A stretch of DNA of 64,000 bases from an uncultured delta proteobacterium (GTDB taxonomy: Bacteria; Myxococcota; Myxococcia; Myxococcales; Myxococcaceae), in the NCBI GenBank assembly GCA_963776345.1, contig CAVZMH010000015.1, positions 320,001 to 384,000 on the forward strand, in the 5' to 3' direction. This document shows, piece by piece, positions 42,654-54,704 of this stretch. The notes beneath the pieces were generated by a model that worked only from the letters and a program-made list of their open reading frames with translations, did no database searches and was not told the origin of the DNA. The first letter of the stretch is position 1. Each line of letters begins with the position of its first letter. The position numbers were made by a program, and so were the translations under genes.

Positions 42654-42700
42654 GCCGCGGAGTGTCGCCCCGGCCGGCTGGCGAGCACCAGCCGGGGGCA

Positions 42701-43645
42701 TCAGCCGAAGGTGTAGACGAACTGGAGCTGGGTGATGCTGTCGAAGGTCCGGAGGAAGGCCTTGGACCCCGCCGGCAGGCCTGCCGGGAGCTGCGCGAGC
42801 TGCGGCTTGGCGTCGAACCTCCCGGTCCAGCTGATGTTCAGCGAGAGGCGCTCGTAGACCTGGGTGGTGAGGCCCACGAGGGCGTTCACCCGGTGGTCCT
42901 GGAAGGCGGGCACCCCTCCGGTGTCGTTCGGGTCGGGCGAGTTGGGGGCGCCAGCCTCGAGGTTGAGGTTCACCAGGTACTCGACCCCTGCGGTGAACTT
43001 GGTGGTCTTGGAGAGCTCCAGCACGTACCCCAGGGCGGCCCGGAGCGAGTGGATGGAGTAGCCGTCACCCGTGTACGGCTCGAGATAGGTGAAGTCGTAG
43101 CCGAGCTCTCCGGTGAGGCTGTGCGGCCCGGACTTGACCATCAGCGTGCTCACGCCGATCTGCCCGCCGCCGAACAGCTTCTTCCCGGCGGCGAAGTCCG
43201 AGGCGATGTTGCCGAGCAGGTAGAGCGAGGTGTCACCCGCTGCATTGCGGTGGATGAGCCACTGGTCGAAGCGCGGGGTCACGTTCCACAGCCGGGTCGT
43301 GAGCGAGCTGACCGAGTCCAGCTGATCCAGCGAGGTGACCGGCGTGGTCAGCCCGGCCGGCGCCACGTAGCTCCGCGACTGGGCGTAGGCGTAGTTCGCG
43401 GTGAGCGAGTACCGCTGCCAGACCGCGTCGCGGCTCACCTTCAGCCCCGCGCTCAGGCTCGTCGAGTCGGCATTCCCCGCGAGCCACAGCAGACCCGCCT
43501 TCGCCTCCGCTTTCCACCCGGTGTCCTTGGCGTCCTCCTTCGGCTTCTCGCCGTAGGCGAACGCCGGCGCCGCGGTGGTGTCCTGGGCCAGCGCCTGTCC
43601 TGCCACCAGCAGGACCAGGAGCCCTGCGGTTCTCACGTGCATCAT
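42701..43645 (-). CDS. DUF481-type outer-membrane beta-barrel
   Basis: Signal ALA|Q; GW...A.AG....GN; alternating beta strands; C-terminal FVYTFG. Confidence 0.75.
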   Translation of the reverse strand: MMHVRTAGLLVLLVAGQALAQDTTAAPAFAYGEKPKEDAKDTGWKAEAKAGLLWLAGNADSTSLSAGLKVSRDAVWQRYSLTANYAYAQSRSYVAPAGLTTPVTSLDQLDSVSSLTTRLWNVTPRFDQWLIHRNAAGDTSLYLLGNIASDFAAGKKLFGGGQIGVSTLMVKSGPHSLTGELGYDFTYLEPYTGDGYSIHSLRAALGYVLELSKTTKFTAGVEYLVNLNLEAGAPNSPDPNDTGGVPAFQDHRVNALVGLTTQVYERLSLNISWTGRFDAKPQLAQLPAGLPAGSKAFLRTFDSITQLQFVYTFG

Positions 43646-43785
43646 CGTCCCCTCCCACCCCGAGCCGTTGCTGGCTTGACGCTGCGCGCCACGGTCCTCG
43701 ACGGCAATGGACCGAATGGTCACTGAACGCTTGAGCCGGCGGCTGCCTCGCGCATCCACCATGCTCGAGCCGAAGCGACGTCCGC

Positions 43786-45030
43786 TCAGAAGGCGTAGAG
43801 GACCGCCGTCTCCACCCGGAACGCGGTGGCCGTGGGGTTGTTCACCCACTGGGTGGCCCAGTAGCTCAGCTCCAGCCCCACCCTCAGACCCGCGACGATA
43901 CGGAACAGCGCGTTGCCGAAGACCTCGGTGTTGGTCCGCCGCTCGGCGTCGGCCAGATCCTGGTCGAACGGGTCGTCGGTGCCGAAGCCGGCGTGCACCG
44001 TCCACCGGCCGCCGAACTGCTGCGTCACCTGGACCCATCCCCCGCGCGCCCGGATGGGCGCCTTCTTCACCGGATCCACCGTCTGGAGGATGCCGCCGGA
44101 GTAGTCTCCGAGGAGCTGGCCGATGAAGTACTCGCCCTCGATCAGCGTCGTGTCGCCGAGGCGCAGCGAGCCGTCGGCGACGAAGGACCAGGTCCCGTAC
44201 TGGCGCACCTCGGCCGGGGCAGTCGCGCTGGCGGCCTGGAGCACGACCTGGCGGCGGCCGACGTGGCCCGCCACCCCGCACTCGAAGAGCCGCGGGCCGT
44301 CCTCCCGTGCCGGGCCGAACGCCGCGCCGATGTGGCCCTGGAAGTCTGGCAGCCCGGTCTGGGTGGCCTGGAGATCTCCGCTCACTTGGAAGGTCTGCAC
44401 TGCCTGGGCGATCGCCGTCTGGAACGAGAGCTCGACGATGTCGGAGACGGGCTGGCGCCACTCCACGCGGAGCTGTGGCCGGTAGTCCCCGATGTCGCCC
44501 GGGATGAACGAGAGCGGATAGAAGTTCAGCGTGGCCGCGGCCCGGGGAGAGATGATGTCCGAGGCCTGCCCGACGAGGAGCCTGAGCCTCGACCAGCTGG
44601 CCTCGAGGTAGAGGTCGCGGAGCAGCGGGAGGTACGCGTTCTCGTTCAGGTAGGGGGCGTTGCTCCGGAAATCCATGTCGAGCTTCGCCTGGAGCTGCAC
44701 GGCCCCGAGCCTGGGCGGGGTGGCACTGACGCCGAGGAAGGTGTTCCCGGGCGAGACGTTGAACTGCCCGGTGGTGGCCGCCGAGTGGATCTGGACGAAG
44801 CCGGGGATGCTCCCCACCACCATGGTCGCCGAGTTGTAGTTGGCGTTGACCACCAGCTCGCCAAAGAACGACCAGCGGATGCCCAGCGCCTCGACCGAGG
44901 GCGAGGAGGCTGGCGGCGGAGCGGCCGGCGGCGGAACGGCCGGAGGAGGAGCGGGCGCCTGCGCGAGCGACGGCGTCGCGCAGAGCAGCACGCCCAGGCA
45001 TGCCCATCCCGCCGCGAGGCTCCGGTCCAG
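43786..45030 (-). CDS. Outer-membrane porin (DcaP-like)
   Basis: Signal SLA|Q, Pro-rich linker, DMDF...LRDLY, RPQLR and terminal YAF; start uncertain (CTG 45030 or GTG 44991). Confidence 0.72.
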   Translation of the reverse strand: MDRSLAAGWACLGVLLCATPSLAQAPAPPPAVPPPAAPPPASSPSVEALGIRWSFFGELVVNANYNSATMVVGSIPGFVQIHSAATTGQFNVSPGNTFLGVSATPPRLGAVQLQAKLDMDFRSNAPYLNENAYLPLLRDLYLEASWSRLRLLVGQASDIISPRAAATLNFYPLSFIPGDIGDYRPQLRVEWRQPVSDIVELSFQTAIAQAVQTFQVSGDLQATQTGLPDFQGHIGAAFGPAREDGPRLFECGVAGHVGRRQVVLQAASATAPAEVRQYGTWSFVADGSLRLGDTTLIEGEYFIGQLLGDYSGGILQTVDPVKKAPIRARGGWVQVTQQFGGRWTVHAGFGTDDPFDQDLADAERRTNTEVFGNALFRIVAGLRVGLELSYWATQWVNNPTATAFRVETAVLYAF

Positions 45031-45085
45031 GTCCCCTCCTCTCCCGGGCGAGGACTTCAGCGGAGCCGGGCGCGGGAGGCAACGG

Positions 45086-46513
45086 CTACGAGGCCTCGGC
45101 CTCCTCCTCTTCCTCGTCCTCGGGCTGGGGCACCTTCACCACCGTGACGGTGCAGGGCGACTCGGCCACCACATGCGCCGAGACGCTGCCCAGGTACCTC
45201 CGGAGCGGCGAGGCGCCCCGCGCGCCGACCACCACGTGATCCACGCGATTCTCGCGGACGAAGTCGATCAGCACCGAGGCGGGGTCCGGGCCCTCCAGCA
45301 CGTGGTAGGTGAGGCGACCCTCCGCCAGCCCGAGCGGCCGGGCCCAGTCCTTGAGCTCGACCAGCCGCAGCACCCGGAGGTTCCGCCCCTCCTCGTCCAC
45401 CGTCACGTCCACCGCCAGCCGGGAGGTGCGGAGCACGCTCACGCAGGCGAGCCGCGCCCCGGGGTGCATGCTCAGCACGCGCTCGCTGGTGGTGCGGATG
45501 CTGGTCAGGAGCGCCTCGCTGCTCGCCAGGAGATCCAGGGCCACCACCACCACCGGCGAGCGGTCGATCTGCACCGCGGTGGACTGCCAGCTCTCCGCCT
45601 GCGACCCCAGGGTGCGCATCCAGCGCCGGGTGACGGTCACCATCCCGTCCTGCCTGAGCCTCCGGGCGCGGTCGGTCAGGGGGACCTGGCCGGGGTTCCG
45701 CAGCGCGAGGAGCACCTGGGCCGCGCTCTGGTAGCGCTCGCGCGGGTCGGGCTCGAGGCAGCGGAGGATGATTTCTTGAAGCCAGGCGGGGCAGCTCGGG
45801 TTCCGGGCCCGCGGGGGAACCGGGTCGCGGTACAGCCGCCTCCGCAGCCCGGTGATGCTGGTGGGGAAGCCGAAGGCCCGCTCGCCGGTGACCAGGTGGT
45901 ACAGCACCGCGCCCAGCGCGAAGAGGTCGCTCCGCGGATCGTTGCGGATCCGCAGCACCTGCTCCGGCGAGATGTAGGGCGCGGTCCCCATCGGGAGCCG
46001 GAACTGCTCGGCGAGCAGGTCCGGCAGCCGGTCGTGCCGCGAGAATCCGAAGTCGATCAACACCGCCTCCCCGGTGTCTCGGAACATCACGTTGCTGGGC
46101 TTGAGGTCGAGGTGGATCACGTGCTGCCGGTGGAGCGCGTGGAGGGCCGTGGCGATCTGGGCGCCGATGCGCGCCACCTCCTCGACGTCCAGCGGCGCCC
46201 GCTCGAGCTGGGCCCGGAGCGAGTCGCCGCGGATGAGCTCCATCACGATGTAGGGATGGGCGGAGAAGTCCCCCGAGGCGATGAAGAGCGGGACGTGGGA
46301 GCCCTGGAGGGTGGGCATGATCATCTGCTCCACCTCGAAGCCCACCATCGCCGTCGGATCGTCGCCCTCGCGGAGCCGCGGCATCTTCATCACCAGCGGC
46401 GGCTGCCCGGGGGCCGACACACGCCAGAGCGTGGCCATTCCCCCCTGGTGGATGCGCTCCTCGAGCGTGTACCCGTCGATGACCGCCCCGGGCTCGATGG
46501 CCTGCGCGCTCAC
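45086..46513 (-). CDS. Bifunctional Ser/Thr kinase - universal stress protein
   Basis: GGMA, VMK, HLDLKPSN, DFG and GTAPYISPEQ; C-terminal USP motif VVGARG...LGSVSAHVV..SPCTV. Confidence 0.92.
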   Translation of the reverse strand: MSAQAIEPGAVIDGYTLEERIHQGGMATLWRVSAPGQPPLVMKMPRLREGDDPTAMVGFEVEQMIMPTLQGSHVPLFIASGDFSAHPYIVMELIRGDSLRAQLERAPLDVEEVARIGAQIATALHALHRQHVIHLDLKPSNVMFRDTGEAVLIDFGFSRHDRLPDLLAEQFRLPMGTAPYISPEQVLRIRNDPRSDLFALGAVLYHLVTGERAFGFPTSITGLRRRLYRDPVPPRARNPSCPAWLQEIILRCLEPDPRERYQSAAQVLLALRNPGQVPLTDRARRLRQDGMVTVTRRWMRTLGSQAESWQSTAVQIDRSPVVVVALDLLASSEALLTSIRTTSERVLSMHPGARLACVSVLRTSRLAVDVTVDEEGRNLRVLRLVELKDWARPLGLAEGRLTYHVLEGPDPASVLIDFVRENRVDHVVVGARGASPLRRYLGSVSAHVVAESPCTVTVVKVPQPEDEEEEEAEAS

Positions 46514-46547
46514 CTCAGCCCCCCGCGGGAGCGCCACCGGTCCATGC

Positions 46548-47300
46548 TCAGCTCCCCAGCTCGAGCCGCGCGCCCAGGTCTCCCGGGAGACCGGCCGCGC
46601 GGATCTTCCGCGCCGCGCGCTCGGCGTCGTAGGGGACGCGGTGGAACACCAGGACCTCGGAGGCGTCGTCGAACGTCGCGTAGCAGGCCGCCGGATTTCC
46701 GTCCCGGGGCTGCCCCACCGAGCCGGGGATGACCAGCCAGCGCCGCAGCGCGCTGAGCTTGATCGGCGTGCCGGGCACCGGCTGGAACGCGGCCACCGCG
46801 CCGTCGGCGGCCAGGTGGTAGAGCGCCGGGATGTGGGTGTGGCCGCAGAAGATCTGCCGCGCCTTCACCGCCCGGAGGCTCTGCCCGGCGTCGGCGGCCG
46901 ACAGCACGTAGGTCCACTGCGCCGGGTCGGCCGCGCTGGCATGCACCAGGAGGCGCTCGCCGCGCTCGATGGTCAGCGGGAGACCCTCGAGGAACGCCAG
47001 CTGCTCGGGGGTGAGGTGCTGGCGCGTCCAGGTCACCGCCCGCGCCGCCTCGTCCCGCATGGAAGGCTGCGGGCCACGGCTCGCCGCCTCGTCGTGGTTG
47101 CCCTTGAGCGCCAGCGCCCCCGCGGCCACCGCCGCCTGCACCCGGTCCACCACCGGTCCTGGGTCCGCGCCGTAGCCCACCAGGTCCCCGAGGAAGGCCA
47201 GCTGCTCGGCTCCCTGCCGTCGCGCGTGCTCGAGCACGGCCTCGACCGCCTCTAGGTTGCCGTGCAGGTCGGTGAGCAGGGCCAGCCGCATCGGTCGCAT
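46548..47300 (-). CDS. Calcineurin-like metallophosphoesterase
   Basis: DLHGN, GDLVGYG, GNHD, VHAS, GHTH and GSVGQPRDG motifs. Confidence 0.92.
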   Translation of the reverse strand: MRPMRLALLTDLHGNLEAVEAVLEHARRQGAEQLAFLGDLVGYGADPGPVVDRVQAAVAAGALALKGNHDEAASRGPQPSMRDEAARAVTWTRQHLTPEQLAFLEGLPLTIERGERLLVHASAADPAQWTYVLSAADAGQSLRAVKARQIFCGHTHIPALYHLAADGAVAAFQPVPGTPIKLSALRRWLVIPGSVGQPRDGNPAACYATFDDASEVLVFHRVPYDAERAARKIRAAGLPGDLGARLELGS

Positions 47301-47376
47301 GTTCGTTGCATCGGCGCCCGGTGTCATCCGTCTCCTCTGCCGAATCCTTCCGGCAGCCGCCTGGCTCTGAGGTGAC

Positions 47377-47598
47377 ATGGACGACGCGCGGCGGAAAGAG
47401 GGCAACCAGCTCCTGGGCCTCGGCCTGGGCGTGGGCGCCTGGGGAGCGGCCAGCGGCGTGCTCCTCGGCGCGGTGTGCCCGGTCTGCGTCGTCGCGGCGC
47501 CCGCGCTGGTCGGGGTGGGCCTCTTGCGCCGGTGGCAGGCGGGCCGCTCCGGATGCCCGCCGGGCGAGGAACCGAGCAAGGAGAAACACGATGGCTGA
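47377..47598 (+). CDS. Small two-TM protein with CPVC motif
   Basis: RBS GAGGTG; hydrophobic segments flanking VCPVCV; overlaps the osmC-like start. Confidence 0.6.
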   Translation: MDDARRKEGNQLLGLGLGVGAWGAASGVLLGAVCPVCVVAAPALVGVGLLRRWQAGRSGCPPGEEPSKEKHDG

Positions 47599-47995
47599 GA
47601 TCACCGTCACCTTCCCCGGAGGCAAACGGGTCGACGCACAGGTGGGAAATCACCACATCTCCACCGACCAGCCCCGCGCGGCGGGCGGCGACGACTCGGC
47701 GCCGGCTCCGTTCTCGCTGTTCCTGGCCTCCATCGGCACCTGCGCCGGCATCTACGTGCTCGGCTTCTGCCAGGCCCGCGGCATCGACCCGACCGGCATC
47801 ACCCTCACCCAGCGCTCGGCGACCGATCGTGAGACCGGCGTGCTGCGCTCGGTGGAGATCGACGTCCACGTCCCGGACGGCTTCCCGGCCCAGTACCGGG
47901 ACGCGGTGATCCGCGCCGCCTCGAACTGCGCGGTGAAGAAGGCCATCGCGGCCCAGCCGGAGTTCCGCATCGCGGTGACCAGCCCGCCGCCCTAG
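47591..47995 (+). CDS. OsmC family protein
   Basis: TDQP..GG..AP.PF.LFLAS..TC and second Cys in NCAVKK. Confidence 0.88.
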   Translation: MAEITVTFPGGKRVDAQVGNHHISTDQPRAAGGDDSAPAPFSLFLASIGTCAGIYVLGFCQARGIDPTGITLTQRSATDRETGVLRSVEIDVHVPDGFPAQYRDAVIRAASNCAVKKAIAAQPEFRIAVTSPPP

Positions 47996-49161
47996 GTGTG
48001 GTGGTGCAGCGACTCGACCAGATACGGGTCGTGCACGGGCTCGAGCGGCGCCGTCGCCAGCACCCGGAAGAACACCGCGGCGAACGCCGCCCCCACGCCC
48101 ACCAGCGCCCCGAGCTCGACCCAGGGCAGCGGCGGAACGCCGCGGAGCGTGGCCGGCGCGATCTGCAGCCACACGTCCAGGAAGCGGCCGAGGAGCACCA
48201 GCACCGCGACCGGGACCAGCCGCGCCGGGGTGCGCTTCGCCGCCCGGGGCAGGAGCAGCAGGAACGGCAGCACCCACCCGACCACCAGATTTCCCCAGAA
48301 GAGCGGACCCCAGCCGTTCCGCGTCCGGGCGAGGATGTACGCGGTCTCCTCGGGCAGGTTCGCGTACCAGATGAGGAGGTACTGGCTGAACCAGAGGTAC
48401 GCCCAGAAGGTCGAGAAGCCGAACAACAGCTTCCCCAGGTCGTGCAGGTGGCTCTCGTTGACCTCTGGCATGCGCCCCTCCCGGCGCAGCCAGAAGACCC
48501 CGAGGATCGCCACCGCCGTCCCGGTCAGGAGCGTGCTCCCGATGGTGTAGAAGCCGAAGATGGTGCTCGCCCAGTGCGGCTGGGCGCTCATCAGCCAGTC
48601 CACGGAGGCGAGGCTGAGGGTGTAGCCCCCCAGCAGCAGGAACACCGCCGCCAGGGCCACCGACCTCCGGGTGTGCTGCACGCGCCCGTCCGCATCCTGG
48701 GCCAGCGACTGCCGGCGCAGCATCAGGGCGAACGCGCCCCAGATGCCGAGGAAGAGCAGCATCCGGATGCCGAAGGCCGGGAGGTTGAGGTACGACGCCT
48801 TGGCCGCGATGAGCGGATCCGAGGTCGCCCCCGGACGCGCCCAGACGTAGATCCACCGCGCGCCGGGGAGCACGGCCAGGAGCGCCACCACTCCGACCGG
48901 GTTCAACGCCAGCGCCTCCAGCACCCGCTTGAAGGCGACGTGGAACCCGGCGTTGGAGACCAGGAACAGCGAGAGCAGGGCCAGCGCGCCCAGCGCTGCG
49001 GCCACGGCGAGGAACCCGGCGGCCAGCAGCGCCGACATGCCGCGGGCCGGGTCGAGGAAGAGCCCCAGCGCCAGCACCACCAGCCCGGCCACCGCGAGCG
49101 GGACCAGCAGCGCCGGCGGAGGCGGCGCGGTGGCGAGCCGGGTCTCGGTCGCTGGGCTCAT
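47992..49161 (-). CDS. actF: Alternative complex III subunit F
   Basis: K..YLN...F..R, DWLMS..PHW.ST.FG, HDLGKLLFGF and WYANLPEE motifs. Confidence 0.9.
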   Translation of the reverse strand: MSPATETRLATAPPPPALLVPLAVAGLVVLALGLFLDPARGMSALLAAGFLAVAAALGALALLSLFLVSNAGFHVAFKRVLEALALNPVGVVALLAVLPGARWIYVWARPGATSDPLIAAKASYLNLPAFGIRMLLFLGIWGAFALMLRRQSLAQDADGRVQHTRRSVALAAVFLLLGGYTLSLASVDWLMSAQPHWASTIFGFYTIGSTLLTGTAVAILGVFWLRREGRMPEVNESHLHDLGKLLFGFSTFWAYLWFSQYLLIWYANLPEETAYILARTRNGWGPLFWGNLVVGWVLPFLLLLPRAAKRTPARLVPVAVLVLLGRFLDVWLQIAPATLRGVPPLPWVELGALVGVGAAFAAVFFRVLATAPLEPVHDPYLVESLHHHT

Positions 49162-49718
49162 GGCTTCCCCCCGCCCTGCAGCTGCCGGATGTAGAGCGCC
49201 ACCTTCCACCGATCCTCCGGGCGGACCTGTGCGGCATGCGACGGCATCAGCCCCTGGCCACGGGTGATGATGTGAAAGATCTGCCCGTCGGGGAGGCTCC
49301 TGGCGTGCGACGCGGTCAGCGACGGCGGCGCGGGAAAGCGCGGCACCACCGGGCCATCGCTCTCCCCCGCCGGGCCATGGCAGGTGAAGCAGATGGTGTG
49401 GAACACCTTGTCGCCGCGGGCCAGGATCTCCGGCGTGGCGGCGAGCGGGTTCCTCAGCTCGCGGCCGGCGCGTACCGCCTCCTCTGGCCCGGCACCGTAG
49501 TGGAAGGGCTGGACCCCGCGGGCCACGCTCCCCGGCGCGGGCGACTGGAGCGTCATCCCCAGCGCAAGCACCGGGTTGGGCGAGAAGCTCTCGTAGGGCA
49601 CCGCGTCGATCATGTCCTTCACGTACTCGCGCCCCGGCTCGAGCGGATCGCTCGTCCCGCAGCCCCCGCAGCCCGAGAGACCGGTCAGGACCGACAGGAG
49701 GAGCAGGCGGACTCTCAC
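49158..49718 (-). CDS. actE: ACIII subunit E, monoheme cytochrome c lipoprotein
   Basis: Lipobox LSGC; CFTCH; GQIFHIIT.G.G.MP. Confidence 0.9.
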   Translation of the reverse strand: MRVRLLLLSVLTGLSGCGGCGTSDPLEPGREYVKDMIDAVPYESFSPNPVLALGMTLQSPAPGSVARGVQPFHYGAGPEEAVRAGRELRNPLAATPEILARGDKVFHTICFTCHGPAGESDGPVVPRFPAPPSLTASHARSLPDGQIFHIITRGQGLMPSHAAQVRPEDRWKVALYIRQLQGGGKP

Positions 49719-50268
49719 CCCTTGACCCCCGGGAGCGCGGACAGCCGGCGGGCCGGCGCCTGCGGCTCGAGCCAGCCGGTCTCCACCGCGCCATGCTCGA
49801 GGCAGAGCGCCCGGGCCCGGCTGTCGTCCGCCACCTCCTCCAGCACCAGGGCGAAGCGGTCGTCGGTCACCCCGGGCAGGGTGTCGGCGGCACGGCCCGG
49901 CCAGAGCCTGGCGACCGCGAACAGCGCCGAGACGGTGATCAGGGACGCGCACAGCACCGTGAACTCGAAGGTGACGGGGATGTACGCCGGGATGGAGGCG
50001 AAGGGCTTTCCGCCGACGTTCAAGGGCCAGGACACGGCCGAGGTCCACCAGGCGAAGAGGAGCATGGTGGTGAGGCCGGTGAGCCCGGCGAAGAAGCACA
50101 CCTGGCTGAGCCGGGAGCGGCGCAGCCCCATCGCCGTGTCCAGGCCGTGGACCGCGTAGGGCGTGTAGACGTCGCGGATGCCGAGCCCCGCCTTGCGCAC
50201 CGCCCCGGTGGCGGCGAGGACGTCCTGCTCTCGGGTGAAGTAGGCGACGAACGGTCGGGTGGTCGGGC

Positions 50269-50272
<4 letters not shown>
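49715..50272 (-). CDS. actD: ACIII subunit D (DUF3341)
   Basis: [17 protein letters not shown] and P.TFE.TVL motifs. Confidence 0.92.
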
Positions 50273-51662
<1,390 letters not shown>

Positions 51663-51666
<4 letters not shown>

Positions 51667-54600
51667 CTGGTCTCTCCCGGATTCCTGATGCGGGTGAGGT
51701 AGCTGACGTTGGGCTGCACGTTCAGCTCGGCCAGCAGGTGGTAGCTGCGCGCATCACGGGCCAGCGCGGCGACCTCGCTCTTCGGGTCGTTCAGATCGCC
51801 GAAGACCAGCGCCCGGGTCGGACAGCTCTGCTGGCAGGCGGTGGCCACCTCGCCGTCGGCCAGCGTCCGCCCCTGGCGCTTCGCCTGCGCCCTCCCCTCC
51901 TGGATGCGGTGGACGCAGAGCGAGCACTTCTCCATCACCCCGCGGCTCCGGACGACCACGTCCGGGTTGAGCACCAGCCGCTCCACCGGGTCGTCGTGCC
52001 GGTAGTCGAACCAGTTGAAGCGCCTTACTTTTGGTGGACAGTTGTTGGCGCAGTACCGGGTTCCCACGCAGCGGTTGTAGACCTGCTGGTTCAGGCCCTC
52101 GGCCGAGTGCACCGTCGCCAGCACCGGGCACACCGTCTCGCAGGGGGCGTTGGCGCAGTGCTGGCACATCACCGGCTGGTGGAGCACCTCCGGGCTCTCC
52201 GGGTCGCCCGCGTAGTAGCGGTCGATGCGCATCCAGCTCATCTCGCGGTTCCGGAGGACCTCGGTTCGGCCCACCACCGGGATGTTGTTCTCGGCCTGGC
52301 AGGCGACGATGCACGCGCCGCAGCCGGTGCAGGCGCTGAGATCCACCGCCAGGCCCCACTTCGGGCCGGGCACCGGGTGCGCGCCCCACGCGGAGTCAAG
52401 CGGCTCCTCGGGCGGGTTGCCCGCGGCCGGGTCGGCGAGGAATGCGGCGAGCGTGGCCTCGCGGATGTGCGGGCGCCCCTCGAGCGAGGCGTGCACCTGG
52501 GAGCGCGCGAGATCGCGCCGGCCCTCGGCGCTGCGGACCCGGGCCCGGCGGCTGAAGCGCACCCGGCCGCCGCGCATCTCGGCCAGGGGGAAGGCATCCG
52601 CCCCGATGCCGTTGCCCACCGCGCCGGCGCCGGTCCGGCCGTACCCCAGCGCGAGCGCCAGGACGTTCCGATGCGTGCCGGGCTGGACCACCACCGGCAC
52701 GGTGACCGTCCATCCTCCGGCGCTGACCTGGACCAGCTGTCCGTCGGTCCACCCGAGCTGCCGTGCCCGCGCGGGCGAGACGCAGGCCACGTTGTCCCAG
52801 GTCACCTTGGTGATCGGATCCGGCAGCTCCTGGAGCCAGCCGTTGTTGGCGCCTCGCCCGTCGTGCAGGGTGAGCGAGGGGTGGAGCCAGAGCTCCAGCT
52901 CGTCCGGAGCGCTGGAGCTCGCGCCCATCACCGACTCGCCCGGAGCGGCGCTCGCCGCGAGCAGCGGCCCGAGCGCTCCCGGGCGGAGCGCCGGCGCCGC
53001 GGCCCCGGCCTTCACCTCGACGAAGCCCGCCTGCAGCGTCCGCTCCCAGAACGCCTCGAAGCCCTCGCCCGCGGCCGCGGCCCCGCGGAAGACCTCGGCC
53101 CGGAGCCGCTCGCGCACCGCCTCGTGCGCCGAGACGCGGCCCGCCGGGACGCCGGACCAGGTCTGCAACGACTCGAGGGCCGAGCGGGTCTGGAACAGCG
53201 GCCGGAGCGCCGGCTGGCGGACGGTGAGGAGGCCGAGGCCGGGCGAGGCGTCGCCCCACGACTCGGCCGGGGCGTGGTCCGGGGCGAGGTACCCCACCCG
53301 CGCCCCGGTCTCGTCGGCCCGATCGTTGGTGGCGAGGACCAGCGGCGTCTCCCGCAGCGCCGCGCCCAGCCGCGCGCCCTCGGGGTGTGCCTGCACCGGA
53401 TTGTTGCCGAGGAAGAGGACGGCCCCGGCGCGGCGGGCCTCGAGGTCCGCGAGCAGCGTCTCGAACGACGCGGTGCCGGCGGGGACGGCGGCGCCGGCGC
53501 CTGGCTCGAACGTGGTGCCCTCGGCGCCGAGCAGGAGGTTGGCGGCGAGCGCCAGCGCCTGCGCGCCGGGGTCCGCGACACCGGTGATGACCAGAGCCCG
53601 TGGCGCCGAGGCGCGCAGCTCCGCGGCGAGCCGGTCGAGCACGCCGGCGGAGAGCGACGGCTCCGGCATCTCCGCGCCCCTGGCGAGCGCGGCCCGCTGG
53701 GGGTGCACGCTGGACCGGGCCAGACGGCGAACGAGCGCGGCGAGCGCCGGGACGAGCTCGCTCGGCGCCACCTGCTCGCGGCGGTCCGCGTTGGAGCCGG
53801 TGAGGGTCATCGCCGGCTCCAGCTGCCAGTGCCGGGCGAAACCCGCGGGGTGTCCGGTCCTCGCGTGCTCCTCGCCCTTGCCCTCGCGCCGCTCGGAGAG
53901 CGGGAGCCGGCGGCCATCGGCGTACTGCCGGGCGAAGGCGACCGGGTCGAGCCAGGTGCCGAGGAAGTCGGCGGCGAACGCGGCGATGGTACGGGCCCGG
54001 TCGAGGTGAAACCGGGGCAGCGCGCGGACGCCGAGCAGCGCCTCGGACGCCTCGGCCAGCGAGGAGACCTCGCCGGTGGAGTCGAAGCGGACCACCCGCG
54101 CCGAGGGCCAGGCGGCGAGGAACCGCGCCAGCACCGACTCGAACGTCGGCCCGGTGACGGCCGGGGCGACCAGGTAGATCGCTCTGCCCGACACGGCCGC
54201 GGACTGGAGCCCCTGGAGCACGCCCCTGTCGAGCGCGGCCCAGGGCACGGACTTTCCGGCGAGCGTCGGGGTGCGCGCCCGGCTCGAGTCGTACAGCGAG
54301 AGGACCGAGGCCTGCCCCGCGGCGCAGAGGCCGCCCCGGCTCCAGGGGTGCTCGGGGTTACCCTCGACCTTGATCGGCCGGCCGTCGCGCGTCTTGAGCA
54401 GCACGCCGCACTGGGCGGGGCAGCCGGCGCACGCCGAGGCGTAGAAGACGGAGTTGCCCGGGACGAGCTCCTCGGGCTTGGCCAGGTAGGGGATGACCTT
54501 CGCGACCGGGGCGCGCTGGCAGCCGGCCAGGGTCACCGCGGCGGCGGACAGCCCCATCATTCCGAAGAAGCCGCGGCGCGAGACCTCGGCCGGAGCCGGC

Positions 54601-54698
54601 CCGGGCCCGGGCCGCTCCGGCTGCGGCACGCGCTGCCAGCCGCCGGCGTCGGCGCCTTCGACCGTCTCCAGTGTCTGCCAGTGGCGTCGCTCGGACAT
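51663..54698 (-). CDS. actB: ACIII subunit B (molybdopterin-fold plus Fe-S domain)
   Basis: Tat SRRGFF plus [61 protein letters not shown]. Confidence 0.94.
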
Positions 54699-54704
54699 GG
54701 CTCT

